From positions 124,001 to 188,000 of the IMG/VR virus record IMGVR_UViG_3300032214_000715: a stretch of 64,000 nt of DNA. The stretch is one strand, 5' to 3'. The notes below the pieces were generated by a model, which was given only the letters and a program-made list of their open reading frames with translations, searched no databases and was not told the DNA's origin. The position numbers were made by a program, and so were the translations under genes. Below, in pieces: positions 8,226 through 16,491 of the stretch. Position 1 is the stretch's first letter; every line of letters begins with the position of its first letter.

Positions 8226-9121
8226 ACAGACATCTTCATTTTTATTGGTGGATGAAATTGATAGTCGATCAACTTGATGTCATTCATCGTGAACTTGTCG
8301 ATGTCTTTGACCTTCGGGTTCAACCATAACTTTGGAAGTGGGTATGGTTCACGTGTAAGTTGCTCTTTCAACGAGTCTATGTGATCGTTATATATGTGAG
8401 TGTCACCCATAGAAATGATTAACTCACCAACATCAAGATCACATACTTGTGCTATCATGTGAGTCAGCAGAGAGTATGATGCTATATTGAAGGAAATTCC
8501 GAGTCCTACATCTACCGAACGTTGATACATATGACAACTTAATTCACGATTTTTACTAACGTAGAATTGACTCATCACATGACATGGTGGTAGTGCCATA
8601 TCATCTAATTCTGATACATTCCAAGCACTGATAATATGTCTGCGATCCCAGGGCTTATTTTTAATTCCTTCAATCAAATTTTTTACTTGATCTATCTCTG
8701 TGCGATTACTAGCGATGCGAACACCCTCTGGATGCCCTGGACCAAAGTCAATCAACTCAGAGTGCTTACGCCAGTTGCGCCACTGTACACCATACACGCG
8801 TCCAAGATCACCTTCAAACTTAGCCTTGGGTTTCCAATAGGGAGCAGTAGCGTTAGGAGACCAAATAGTAACTACACCATCACGTGTGCCGTGAGTAATT
8901 TCTGCTAATCGTCTTTCATCAGATGATCCTTCCAAAAACCAAAGTAGTTCACCAGTTACTGCCTTCCATGCTAATTTTTTGGTAGTAATCGCTGGAAATC
9001 CTTGTCTAAGATCAAACCTTAATTGTCGTCCAAATACGCTAATGGTTCCTATACCAGTACGATCATCTCGTACCTCGCCATTCTCTAAAATGTCTTTTAA
9101 TAAATTGTGATATTGTTCCAT
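8222..9121 (-). CDS. thyA: Thymidylate synthase
   Basis: DRTGIGT, ELLWFL, YGVQWR, MALPPCH, YQRSVD, FNIASY, GDTHIY; no intron. Confidence 0.97.
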   Translation of the reverse strand: MEQYHNLLKDILENGEVRDDRTGIGTISVFGRQLRFDLRQGFPAITTKKLAWKAVTGELLWFLEGSSDERRLAEITHGTRDGVVTIWSPNATAPYWKPKAKFEGDLGRVYGVQWRNWRKHSELIDFGPGHPEGVRIASNRTEIDQVKNLIEGIKNKPWDRRHIISAWNVSELDDMALPPCHVMSQFYVSKNRELSCHMYQRSVDVGLGISFNIASYSLLTHMIAQVCDLDVGELIISMGDTHIYNDHIDSLKEQLTREPYPLPKLWLNPKVKDIDKFTMNDIKLIDYQFHPPIKMKMSV

Positions 9122-9130
9122 AGGAATATA

Positions 9131-9595
9131 TTACACTAATCTTTCCCAGATTTCAAATCTGTGTTTAGCCGAAAGTTCTCCGCTAATTAACTCAAAATCT
9201 TTCAAGTACTGTTTTACATCTAATGTAACATCGCATTGTTCTACGCTATTAAATTTGGTCAAATACACTCTATTGATGTAGGGTAGCATAGTACATAACA
9301 GTTTTGCTCCGCCAATAACAAAAACTGATTCCTTTTCCGAAACATTCATCATCATATCTTCAACACTAGCATATACATCGCATCTTGAATCAATCAATGA
9401 TTTACTTATGACTATGTTACGACGATTGGGCAATGGTTTTGGCATATCACTAAGCCACGTACCACTGCCCATAACAACAGTGTGTCCAGTAGTAATAGTT
9501 TTGAATCGTTTAAGATCAACCGGTGATTTTGGCCACGGCAAAGAATTATTATGACCAAACCCACCAATGCTGTTTACGGCAAAAATAGCATTCAT
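9131..9595 (-). CDS. folA: Dihydrofolate reductase
   Basis: LPW...DLKRFK..T.GH.VVMG..TW...PLPNRRNIVIS...VIGGA; adjacent to thyA. Confidence 0.93.
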   Translation of the reverse strand: MNAIFAVNSIGGFGHNNSLPWPKSPVDLKRFKTITTGHTVVMGSGTWLSDMPKPLPNRRNIVISKSLIDSRCDVYASVEDMMMNVSEKESVFVIGGAKLLCTMLPYINRVYLTKFNSVEQCDVTLDVKQYLKDFELISGELSAKHRFEIWERLV

Positions 9596-9888
9596 AGATT
9601 TTTTAATAAATTATCAGTTTCTGGCTGTACCGTTTCGGCTATGCCTTCAATGTCCAGAATAAATTCTATGCCGATCATTTCGGAATCATACTCTTCTAAT
9701 TTTCTAGAAATTGCTTCCTCTATTTCTTCGCTATCAAATCCTTGATTCAACATAGACCTGATATTGATTGTTCTTTGTTTTCGCTTTTCTAGTTTTAGAA
9801 TAAGTTTTTTTATAAACTCAACGGGAATCTTAGTCTTGTCTACATCTTCAATGATGTTTTCCCAGCGTTGAAAAATTTCTGGAGACAC
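9592..9888 (-). CDS. Hypothetical protein
   Basis: 98-aa acidic ORF with GTG start, coupled to DHFR. Confidence 0.7.
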   Translation of the reverse strand: MSPEIFQRWENIIEDVDKTKIPVEFIKKLILKLEKRKQRTINIRSMLNQGFDSEEIEEAISRKLEEYDSEMIGIEFILDIEGIAETVQPETDNLLKNL

Positions 9889-9892
9889 TGTA

Positions 9893-10615
9893 TTATCCTG
9901 CTACTGCTGCCTTTTTAGGGCGGCCGGCCCTCTTTGTTACCGTGCCTGCTTCAGCAACTACAGATTCAACTACTGCTACTTTTTTTGTTCTAGTTTTCTT
10001 TTCAAGAACTTCAACCACTGCTGGTTTCTCTAGAGATTGTGCTTCGTTTAATAGACGCTCAGATTCAGCCAACAATCCACGTGCTTCTGCTGCCATTTTT
10101 TCTGCTTGTGCTCTTAGATTGTTTGCTATTAAAGAGTCATCTAGTGCTCCAGCTGCTGCCGCGGGCTGCGACTTTTCTCTCATTCTACGAGCTACGTCCT
10201 TTGGATCTTGTAATCCACGGCTTGAGTCTATCTCTTGTAGCTTCTTTACTGCTTCTTCTCCGCGACTCATCTCGTCTAGAATTTTATTTAATTCGTCCAA
10301 TTTAATTTGTTGCGATGGAGCAGGAGTCATTGTGACTAATGACGTTTGTACTTTCTTTAACATTCCCTCGCGGTGTAATACCTGAAGAATGATTTGTCCA
10401 TCTTTTGTATAGTTACGATTAAGAGCATCAGCCAAATTATCACTGCTTTGCCCAACATCACTTTCTATACACTTAATAAGCGGGTCGTGTACGTTTTGAT
10501 TAAGAATTTCAGTGTATACCACCAAGCACATATGTTCTTCACTTGGAATTTGCCTGAATATCACTGCTACTTTACGATCACCATGTTTGCCCACGTGTTT
10601 AATAAATTTTGCCAT
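9893..10615 (-). CDS. Hypothetical protein with coiled coil and basic AT-hook-like C-terminus
   Basis: AAGGAG RBS; late-type CTAAATA at 10640-10646; C-terminal KRAGRPKK. Confidence 0.75.
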   Translation of the reverse strand: MAKFIKHVGKHGDRKVAVIFRQIPSEEHMCLVVYTEILNQNVHDPLIKCIESDVGQSSDNLADALNRNYTKDGQIILQVLHREGMLKKVQTSLVTMTPAPSQQIKLDELNKILDEMSRGEEAVKKLQEIDSSRGLQDPKDVARRMREKSQPAAAAGALDDSLIANNLRAQAEKMAAEARGLLAESERLLNEAQSLEKPAVVEVLEKKTRTKKVAVVESVVAEAGTVTKRAGRPKKAAVAG

Positions 10616-10670
10616 TATGTTCTCCTTTAATGCTTCAAGTATTTAGATACTATTTGATAGATAGAAAAAT

Positions 10671-11012
10671 TTATGTGATCAGTGGAGTTTTAGTTTGCCT
10701 GTCGCTGTAAATTTTATTACCAATTTCACGAATAGTATTGGCTGCTACTTGTGGGCTACTACTGAATATTTCCACAATTTCTTTATAAGTCATGCTACTA
10801 GTGAACGAATAAATTTCATAACATCGTTGACTGTTAAACCTAGCACGAAGAATCATATACTGTAGAGGATTTCTCCAATTCACTGGTTCTCCTTTCAGCG
10901 TTTGAATAATAGCCTCTCGTTCTCCTTCTGATACGTTGATCAGTGATTCAAGTCCATGCATATCCCACATGACAATATAGGTATCAATTGTTGTGTTTTC
11001 TGATGAGTTCAT
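10671..11012 (-). CDS. Hypothetical protein
   Basis: 113-aa ORF in the operon orientation. Confidence 0.65.
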   Translation of the reverse strand: MNSSENTTIDTYIVMWDMHGLESLINVSEGEREAIIQTLKGEPVNWRNPLQYMILRARFNSQRCYEIYSFTSSMTYKEIVEIFSSSPQVAANTIREIGNKIYSDRQTKTPLIT

Positions 11013-11214
11013 ATATTACTTCCACTTGTTGTATAGCAGTTTCTAATGATTCATTGTTTTCTGCCGTGGATAAAATGTCTTTCCACTTCATCCATCGTTT
11101 CAAACTGGTTTGATTATTTGCTTCAATAAAGTCATTGTTATTTGCTCTCAAATATACAGACTTAGATCCGCTGTCAGTGGTATAGATTATTAATTCTTCA
11201 ATCTGTTGAATCAT
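10984..11214 (-). CDS. Hypothetical protein
   Basis: 76-aa ORF overlapping the downstream gene. Confidence 0.55.
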   Translation of the reverse strand: MIQQIEELIIYTTDSGSKSVYLRANNNDFIEANNQTSLKRWMKWKDILSTAENNESLETAIQQVEVIYELIRKHNN

Positions 11215-11219
11215 AATAG

Positions 11220-11243
11220 AAAAAGACCCGCCAATGCGGGTCT
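11220..11243 (-). terminator. Intrinsic terminator
   Basis: AGACCCGC-ATTG-GCGGGTCT followed by a T-run on the minus strand. Confidence 0.8.
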
Positions 11244-11260
11244 ATATTTCATCGAAACAC

Positions 11261-12547
11261 TTACTCTTTGAAGTAAGCCCAAGTGCCAAACGGGGGCTTA
11301 ATAGTATCGTTACCGTGAATGATCCAAGTAACATCGGTGAAATTCTCATCGCCCCATGAACCGAACGGATATCCGTCAGTAAACACGATCAGCCGCTTGG
11401 TGTCCTTGTCGCGAGTCTTTAGATGATCAAAGATAGCGTCAAAGTCAGTGCCGCCACCCCCAGTTGGCTCGTATGAATCAATGGAATCCAGATTGTCACT
11501 GTTGAAGTCTTGAGCGTTGTAAACCGCAGTATCAAAGCAAAATACATGTACACGATAGCTATCAAAAGACTCCATGATTCCACGAACCTCACCAAGAAAT
11601 TGTGCTGCCTGCTTATTGCTAATTGACCCACTCATGTCAATAGCGACGGCAATATCAATTTCTTCACCAGGAGTCATTCCAGGCATAATAGCGTCCATAT
11701 GCCAACCACGACGACTCGGGCGAATAAAAGAATAATCGCTGCGAATAGCACTGGTCAGATTAGTTTGAATCAGTTCTCGCCAAGGCATTTTTGGCTCAGT
11801 AATTTCCTGAATCATTCGCTGAACTCCAGCTGGAACGTTTCCTGCCCCGTCACAAGAACGAGCGGCAGCAATAATGTTTTGCTTGATTTCCTGACGCAAT
11901 TGCTCACGCTCAGACTCAGACATAGGAGTGGGACGCTTTCCGCGCTTGCCGTCCTTGTCACCATTGCCATCACCTTCACCGTCTTCGTCTCCGTCAATGT
12001 GATCGTCAAGCATTTGATCAATTAGATCGTCAATATTGATCTTCTTGGCGTTCTTCATCAAATCGTCATAAATTTCTTCGGCTGGCTTGCCGTCATACTT
12101 TGCTTCATACAAGCAAGGAACAGTCTTGATAAATTCGCCAACCTTATGACGCTTCAAGTCTGCGTTAACAGCATAGTCATCGGCAATGTTCCAAATTTGA
12201 GGATCACGAGATTCGCGACGGCCCATGTGATCGTAGCAAACGTGAAGTACTTCGTGACCGAACAAGAATTCTACTTCGCCGCGAGTCAGCATCATAATGA
12301 AGCGACTATTGTAGTAAAAATTACGACCGTCGGTGGCAGCAGTGGACAGCCACTCATCAGCGTTAACCAACTTCAATCGTGTAGCCAGATTGCCAAAGAA
12401 TGAATTCTTAAACAACAGTGACACTCGCGCGCCAATAAGACGCTCACGTGCCTGATTGTCAATACTAGACTCTGTTGGGCCAATGAGCTTATCCAGCTTA
12501 GTGTTGCGAGACTTCTTGCTCTTCGTGGGATTCAGTACTTCTGACAT
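11261..12547 (-). CDS. vWA-domain metallopeptidase (DUF2201-like)
   Basis: TAATDG, HEVLH, NIAxDxxVN in the N-terminal part; MIDAS DMSGS, GGGGTDF and FTDG in the C-terminal part. Confidence 0.88.
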   Translation of the reverse strand: MSEVLNPTKSKKSRNTKLDKLIGPTESSIDNQARERLIGARVSLLFKNSFFGNLATRLKLVNADEWLSTAATDGRNFYYNSRFIMMLTRGEVEFLFGHEVLHVCYDHMGRRESRDPQIWNIADDYAVNADLKRHKVGEFIKTVPCLYEAKYDGKPAEEIYDDLMKNAKKINIDDLIDQMLDDHIDGDEDGEGDGNGDKDGKRGKRPTPMSESEREQLRQEIKQNIIAAARSCDGAGNVPAGVQRMIQEITEPKMPWRELIQTNLTSAIRSDYSFIRPSRRGWHMDAIMPGMTPGEEIDIAVAIDMSGSISNKQAAQFLGEVRGIMESFDSYRVHVFCFDTAVYNAQDFNSDNLDSIDSYEPTGGGGTDFDAIFDHLKTRDKDTKRLIVFTDGYPFGSWGDENFTDVTWIIHGNDTIKPPFGTWAYFKE

Positions 12548-12569
12548 ATATATCTCCTATTGATGTTAT

Positions 12570-12598
12570 ATTCTAGCAGTATATGTATTTTCTGTCAA
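12570..12598 (-). promoter_or_regulatory. Early sigma70-type promoter
   Basis: TTGACA-N17-TAGAAT with TGn. Confidence 0.8.
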
Positions 12599-12601
12599 AT
12601 A

Positions 12602-12629
12602 AAAAATGGCGTCCGTAGACGCCATTTTT
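12602..12629. terminator. Intrinsic terminator with a cUACGg tetraloop (minus strand)
   Basis: AAAAATGGCGTC-CGTA-GACGCCATTTTT. Confidence 0.88.
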
Positions 12630-12640
12630 AATGGCTTTTA

Positions 12641-13744
12641 TCAGCTACGAGCAGCATCAAGAATGTACCTGCCGTACTTCTTGTGAAACTCATCAAAGCA
12701 GGCCAGCTTTGACGGCTCCAGAGGAACACCGTATTGCTTGATGGCGATACGAGAACCAAGAATAACCAACTCAGTCTCAAAATTGTTCATCATGAACATG
12801 ATAAAGTTGTTAGTCATCTCGGCCAACTTTTCACGCTTGAGTTCCTTCTTGTCCATCAATGCCTTGAGTTCGTAGCAAAGAGAAACAGTCAGAGAGTACA
12901 TAGCCGATACTTCCTTGACCTTGAGTTCCTTGACCTTACCAGTCAGAACGTCAATCGCCTCGGGCAGTTGAGAACTGAACTTGCGGTGAGCTTGAAACTT
13001 AGCAGCAAGACCCTCGCCGACAGCACCAGCCACCAGAGTGAACAGTGTTTCACCGTCCATGTCCTCGTCCTTCAGCAGTTCGCTAACGAATGTCCAAGAC
13101 CGCGGAGTAGCGAAAGCACGACTGGCAGACTTTGAATCAAAATCATACATATCTTGCTTGGCGAAACTCAGATAGCCAACCACATCACTGTGAATACCCT
13201 TGGCAGTGGCCCACTGCTGCCAGCTAGGGAAGTCAGGGCGCATTTCCACGTGAATGAAACGATTGGCAAGCGGCATAGGCATGCGGAAAGTCACACCCTT
13301 GTCAGTCTCGCGATTACCCGCAGCCACAATCACCACGTTCTTAGGCAACACATACTTGCCAACACGACGATTCAGAATCAGTTGATAACCAGCAGCCTGA
13401 ACAGCAGGAGCGGCAGAATTCATCTCGTCCAGAAACAGAACCACGATGGGATACTGGCTGGCAAATTCTTCGTCAGGAAGATCCACTGGAGGTGCCCAGT
13501 CCATCTTGCCGATTTCCTTGTTGAAGAATGGGATGCCACGAATATCAGTGGGCTCCATCTGCGCCATACGCAGGTCAATCATGAACCCACCCAGTTCCTG
13601 AGTAATTTCACTGACGACATCGGACTTGCCAATTCCAGGAGGGCCCCACAAAAACACGGGACGTTGAACTTGAAACGCCTTCAGCAGAGCCTTGCGGGCC
13701 TGAATAGAGGTTACGGTATAAGAATCAGAGACTTGAACTGCCAT
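12641..13744 (-). CDS. MoxR-like AAA+ ATPase
   Basis: Walker A GPPGIGKS, Walker B LFLDE, AAGN, LANRF; probable start MAVQVS (ATG 13744) with GGAG RBS and promoter. Confidence 0.88.
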   Translation of the reverse strand: MAVQVSDSYTVTSIQARKALLKAFQVQRPVFLWGPPGIGKSDVVSEITQELGGFMIDLRMAQMEPTDIRGIPFFNKEIGKMDWAPPVDLPDEEFASQYPIVVLFLDEMNSAAPAVQAAGYQLILNRRVGKYVLPKNVVIVAAGNRETDKGVTFRMPMPLANRFIHVEMRPDFPSWQQWATAKGIHSDVVGYLSFAKQDMYDFDSKSASRAFATPRSWTFVSELLKDEDMDGETLFTLVAGAVGEGLAAKFQAHRKFSSQLPEAIDVLTGKVKELKVKEVSAMYSLTVSLCYELKALMDKKELKREKLAEMTNNFIMFMMNNFETELVILGSRIAIKQYGVPLEPSKLACFDEFHKKYGRYILDAARS

Positions 13745-13772
13745 TTTTGGCTCCTTTTTTGATGATGAAAGA

Positions 13773-13801
13773 ATTATAAAAGAAAGACGATTTATTGTCA
13801 A
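13773..13801 (-). promoter_or_regulatory. Early promoter, perfect sigma70 consensus
   Basis: TTGACA-N17-TATAAT. Confidence 0.9.
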
Positions 13802-13806
13802 ACAAA

Positions 13807-14151
13807 TTAAACTGCGCCGGTCCAAGTGACGCGAGAGAAATCCCCAGTCAGAACATTTCCACGAGAAAAATTCTTGGCGGGGGCGGCCCAAGATGCGGCC
13901 TTCAAAATGTCGCCCACTTTGAACTTGGCATCAGCCTTGGCAACAATGAACGAATGTACTCCGCCATTGCTGACAATCTTGAGATACTTGCTACCACGCT
14001 CGGTGCTCAGATTGGCGTTGAATCGCTCAACCATTTCCTTGCGAACTTGAGCCTTGATGGGATCGGACATATCAGTCTTGCCCCACGCGAGATAATCAGC
14101 ACGAATGTGATTCAGATATTCAGCGATCTTTGCGTCAAATTCAGCGGTCAT
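13807..14151 (-). CDS. Small early phage protein (GDILKAASWxAPA.N.RGN motif)
   Basis: GGAG RBS, own promoter, C-ending codon usage. Confidence 0.8.
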   Translation of the reverse strand: MTAEFDAKIAEYLNHIRADYLAWGKTDMSDPIKAQVRKEMVERFNANLSTERGSKYLKIVSNGGVHSFIVAKADAKFKVGDILKAASWAAPAKNFSRGNVLTGDFSRVTWTGAV

Positions 14152-14165
14152 TTTTTGCTCCGTTG

Positions 14166-14211
14166 TCTAACTCAGTGAATACAGTATATCAAGAAACCGA
14201 TTTATTGTCAA
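14166..14211 (-). repeat. Promoter/leader repeat, copy 1 (TTGACA-N17-TATACT)
   Basis: 26 bp (14166-14191) identical to 14424-14449, plus shared GATTTATTGTCAA. Confidence 0.9.
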
Positions 14212-14405
14212 ATTTTGCGTTCAGTCATAGCGACATATTCATCGTAAGACAGATACATATCGGTGAGAGGATTCCAGTACTGACCAGCACGCGGGTCATA
14301 GTACAGTGCAATATTGCCATCGTAGAAAAACGGACCTTCCAAGCCATCACGCTCAGTGAATGAGGCACGAAATTCAGGGTCAATGTTCAGAACACGATAT
14401 CCCAT
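14208..14405 (-). CDS. Small early hypothetical protein
   Basis: AGGAG RBS, own promoter; LEGPF...LYYDPRAGQYW; its TGA stop lies inside the next TTGACA. Confidence 0.75.
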   Translation of the reverse strand: MGYRVLNIDPEFRASFTERDGLEGPFFYDGNIALYYDPRAGQYWNPLTDMYLSYDEYVAMTERKI

Positions 14406-14423
14406 TACCGACTCCTGTTGCTT

Positions 14424-14469
14424 TCTAACTCAGTGAATACAGTATATCAGGGAATGGATTTATTGTCAA
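14424..14469 (-). repeat. Promoter/leader repeat, copy 2 (TTGACA-N17-TATACT)
   Basis: Direct repeat of 14166-14211. Confidence 0.9.
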
Positions 14470-14717
14470 GAAATGAGAGAGCCATAGATTATCCATTTTT
14501 CAAGATGATCAATAGCTTCGTTGACTGTTTTTAATTCATTTAAATTTTGAGAATCTTTCCCACGAGAGCGATTTTTGACTTCGGCACCACTTAAAATAGT
14601 CACCATTCCGTCGATATTTGACAACATTTTATGTAAGTCGCGGTTGTAGGGCAAACTACGAATTTTTGATTGTAGCTCGTCTCTTCGAGTTGACCATTCT
14701 AAGCTTGAATTAATCAT
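14466..14717 (-). CDS. Small early hypothetical protein, probably leaderless
   Basis: 83-aa ORF; -10 box ends 7 nt before the ATG; its TGA stop lies inside the next TTGACA. Confidence 0.7.
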   Translation of the reverse strand: MINSSLEWSTRRDELQSKIRSLPYNRDLHKMLSNIDGMVTILSGAEVKNRSRGKDSQNLNELKTVNEAIDHLEKWIIYGSLIS

Positions 14718-14723
14718 ATGCGT

Positions 14724-14752
14724 AGTGTAAATGCTACACTATTTATTGTCAA
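14724..14752 (-). promoter_or_regulatory. Early promoter with an internal inverted repeat
   Basis: TTGACA-N17-TACACT; TAGTGTA-N5-TACACTA inverted repeat at 14723-14741. Confidence 0.75.
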
Positions 14753-16483
14753 TCAATAGTTCTGTCCTGCTACGAATCCTGACCAACTTGTCCCGCCATC
14801 ATATGTCATTATGGTAATGATATCGTATTTGTTAGCAGTTGCGGTTATTACTGGGGCCACTCCACTTGGCCATTTGATAGACGATGGCCACGCTAGTGAT
14901 CTTTCGCCAATAGCATCTTGTCTAATAATTAGTGCCAAGTAGAAAAGTCTACCACTGACTGGTACATTACTGAAAGTTAGACTGGTAATGTTTGAACTCA
15001 TTGTAATGACAAAATTATTTGACAGTGAACAATCAATATTGGTTGTTGCTGACGCTGTTACATTACTAGTAGACTCAGTATAAGCAGTTCCAAATGCTAA
15101 TGACGATGACAGGGTTACAGCGCTTGAAAATATTGTAGCGTTCGGTACTGTGCCGCCGGCAAAACCACCGCCTGCTACAACATCATCAACATATTTTTTT
15201 GTTGCTGCGTCTGTTTCTTGTGTAGGTGTAGCAAGACTTGTAATACGCTTACTAGAAACATCAACTGTTCCGGTTCCAATTGGCACTAAATTAACATTAG
15301 CATTAGATCCACCAGCAGTAAATGTTAGAGCTTCTGTTCCAGTAATACTACCGGTAGTAGTTCCAGTTCCACCATTTGCTACTACAAGAGTGCCCTCTAG
15401 TGTTATAGTTCCACTACTAGTTATTGGACTGTCTTTTACTGTTAATCCTGTAGTACCACCACTTAGTGCTACACTAGTAACGGTTCCAGTGGCAGCCGAT
15501 ATAGTTGTCCAAGTTGGTGCTCCACCGTTTCCGTTGCTGGTTAATACTTGACCCGTTGTGCCATAATTAGCGCCACTTAGACCCCACGCACCAGAGCTAA
15601 CTATACGCAGTCTCTCTGTTTGTGAACTGCCAGTCGTTACGATTACTGAACCAACTCCATCTGGTCCAACACCGCTCTGTAAATATACATTGCCACCAGT
15701 TCCGCTACCACCTGCTGCCCCCGGTCCCCCTCGTAGATATACATGACCTGGAAGACCTCCAATAATTGGAACTCCGCACGCTCCACCAATAATTAGTATA
15801 CTAGCTCCAGTAGCGGAGCCAGTCGCGGCGGCCGCAGCAGCAATAGTAAAAGTACTATCGGATGCTCCGACGCTAATAGTATTACTGCCATTATAGCTAA
15901 TTTGTGAGGTGGCAGAATACGCATTAGAACTCTTAAATATTAATTGTCCGTTACTTCCAGGAACTGCGGTTAATCCAGTACCACCATTAGCTATAGCTAA
16001 TGTCCCACCCAGAGTCAATGTTCCGGATGATGTTATTGGTCCTCCAGTAAGAGTTAATCCAGTAGTGCCTCCGCTACTGCTAATACTTGTTACTGTTCCA
16101 ACTGCTCCCGGAGCCCACGTTAATCCACTAGTGGAAGCTGAATCTGCCATCAACACTTGTCCATCAATGCCAACAGCTAATCTTATGTTGCTGGTACCAT
16201 TGTTGGCAATAATGTCTCCTTTAGTTGTGGCGGGAGATAACTCATTGAACGCAGCGGTTTTATTATTTTGACTGGTTCCCCCTTGAGCTACTGATAGTGG
16301 AGTTGTTAATCCGCTCAAGCTAGTAATGTCGCTATTAGCTCCGCTTTTCGCCGCTTCTAAATTACTACGAGAAATGCCAATGTCACTGTTCCCAGTGCCA
16401 CCTTGAGCAGTGGAAAGTATTCCTGTTATTTGTGCTGCTTGTATAGATTGTATTTGTGTTGACTGTATTTTATTTTGTGGCAT
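14753..16483 (-). CDS. Fibre protein (GGTG shaft repeats; C-terminal domain ending GFVAGQNY)
   Basis: Gly/Ser/Thr-rich, xxGGTG repeats, DAATKKYVD; C-terminal domain paralogous to that of 43363..46047. Confidence 0.8.
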   Translation of the reverse strand: MPQNKIQSTQIQSIQAAQITGILSTAQGGTGNSDIGISRSNLEAAKSGANSDITSLSGLTTPLSVAQGGTSQNNKTAAFNELSPATTKGDIIANNGTSNIRLAVGIDGQVLMADSASTSGLTWAPGAVGTVTSISSSGGTTGLTLTGGPITSSGTLTLGGTLAIANGGTGLTAVPGSNGQLIFKSSNAYSATSQISYNGSNTISVGASDSTFTIAAAAAATGSATGASILIIGGACGVPIIGGLPGHVYLRGGPGAAGGSGTGGNVYLQSGVGPDGVGSVIVTTGSSQTERLRIVSSGAWGLSGANYGTTGQVLTSNGNGGAPTWTTISAATGTVTSVALSGGTTGLTVKDSPITSSGTITLEGTLVVANGGTGTTTGSITGTEALTFTAGGSNANVNLVPIGTGTVDVSSKRITSLATPTQETDAATKKYVDDVVAGGGFAGGTVPNATIFSSAVTLSSSLAFGTAYTESTSNVTASATTNIDCSLSNNFVITMSSNITSLTFSNVPVSGRLFYLALIIRQDAIGERSLAWPSSIKWPSGVAPVITATANKYDIITIMTYDGGTSWSGFVAGQNY

Positions 16484-16491
16484 GTTCTTCC

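Noticed and set aside
8222-9121. Group I intron in thyA
   Set aside because: The reading frame is continuous and full length; the endonuclease lies outside the gene.
13745-13891. N-terminal extension of the AAA ATPase in the ORF track
   Set aside because: It runs through the gene's own promoter and the upstream gene; the RBS supports ATG at 13744.
515-14363. Plus-strand ORFs opposite early genes (e.g. 515..1144, 12734..13135, 13154..13762)
   Set aside because: They fully overlap well-supported minus-strand genes and have no recognisable motifs.
14166-14469. CRISPR-like repeat-spacer array
   Set aside because: Only two long copies, separated by a whole gene; they are explained as promoters.
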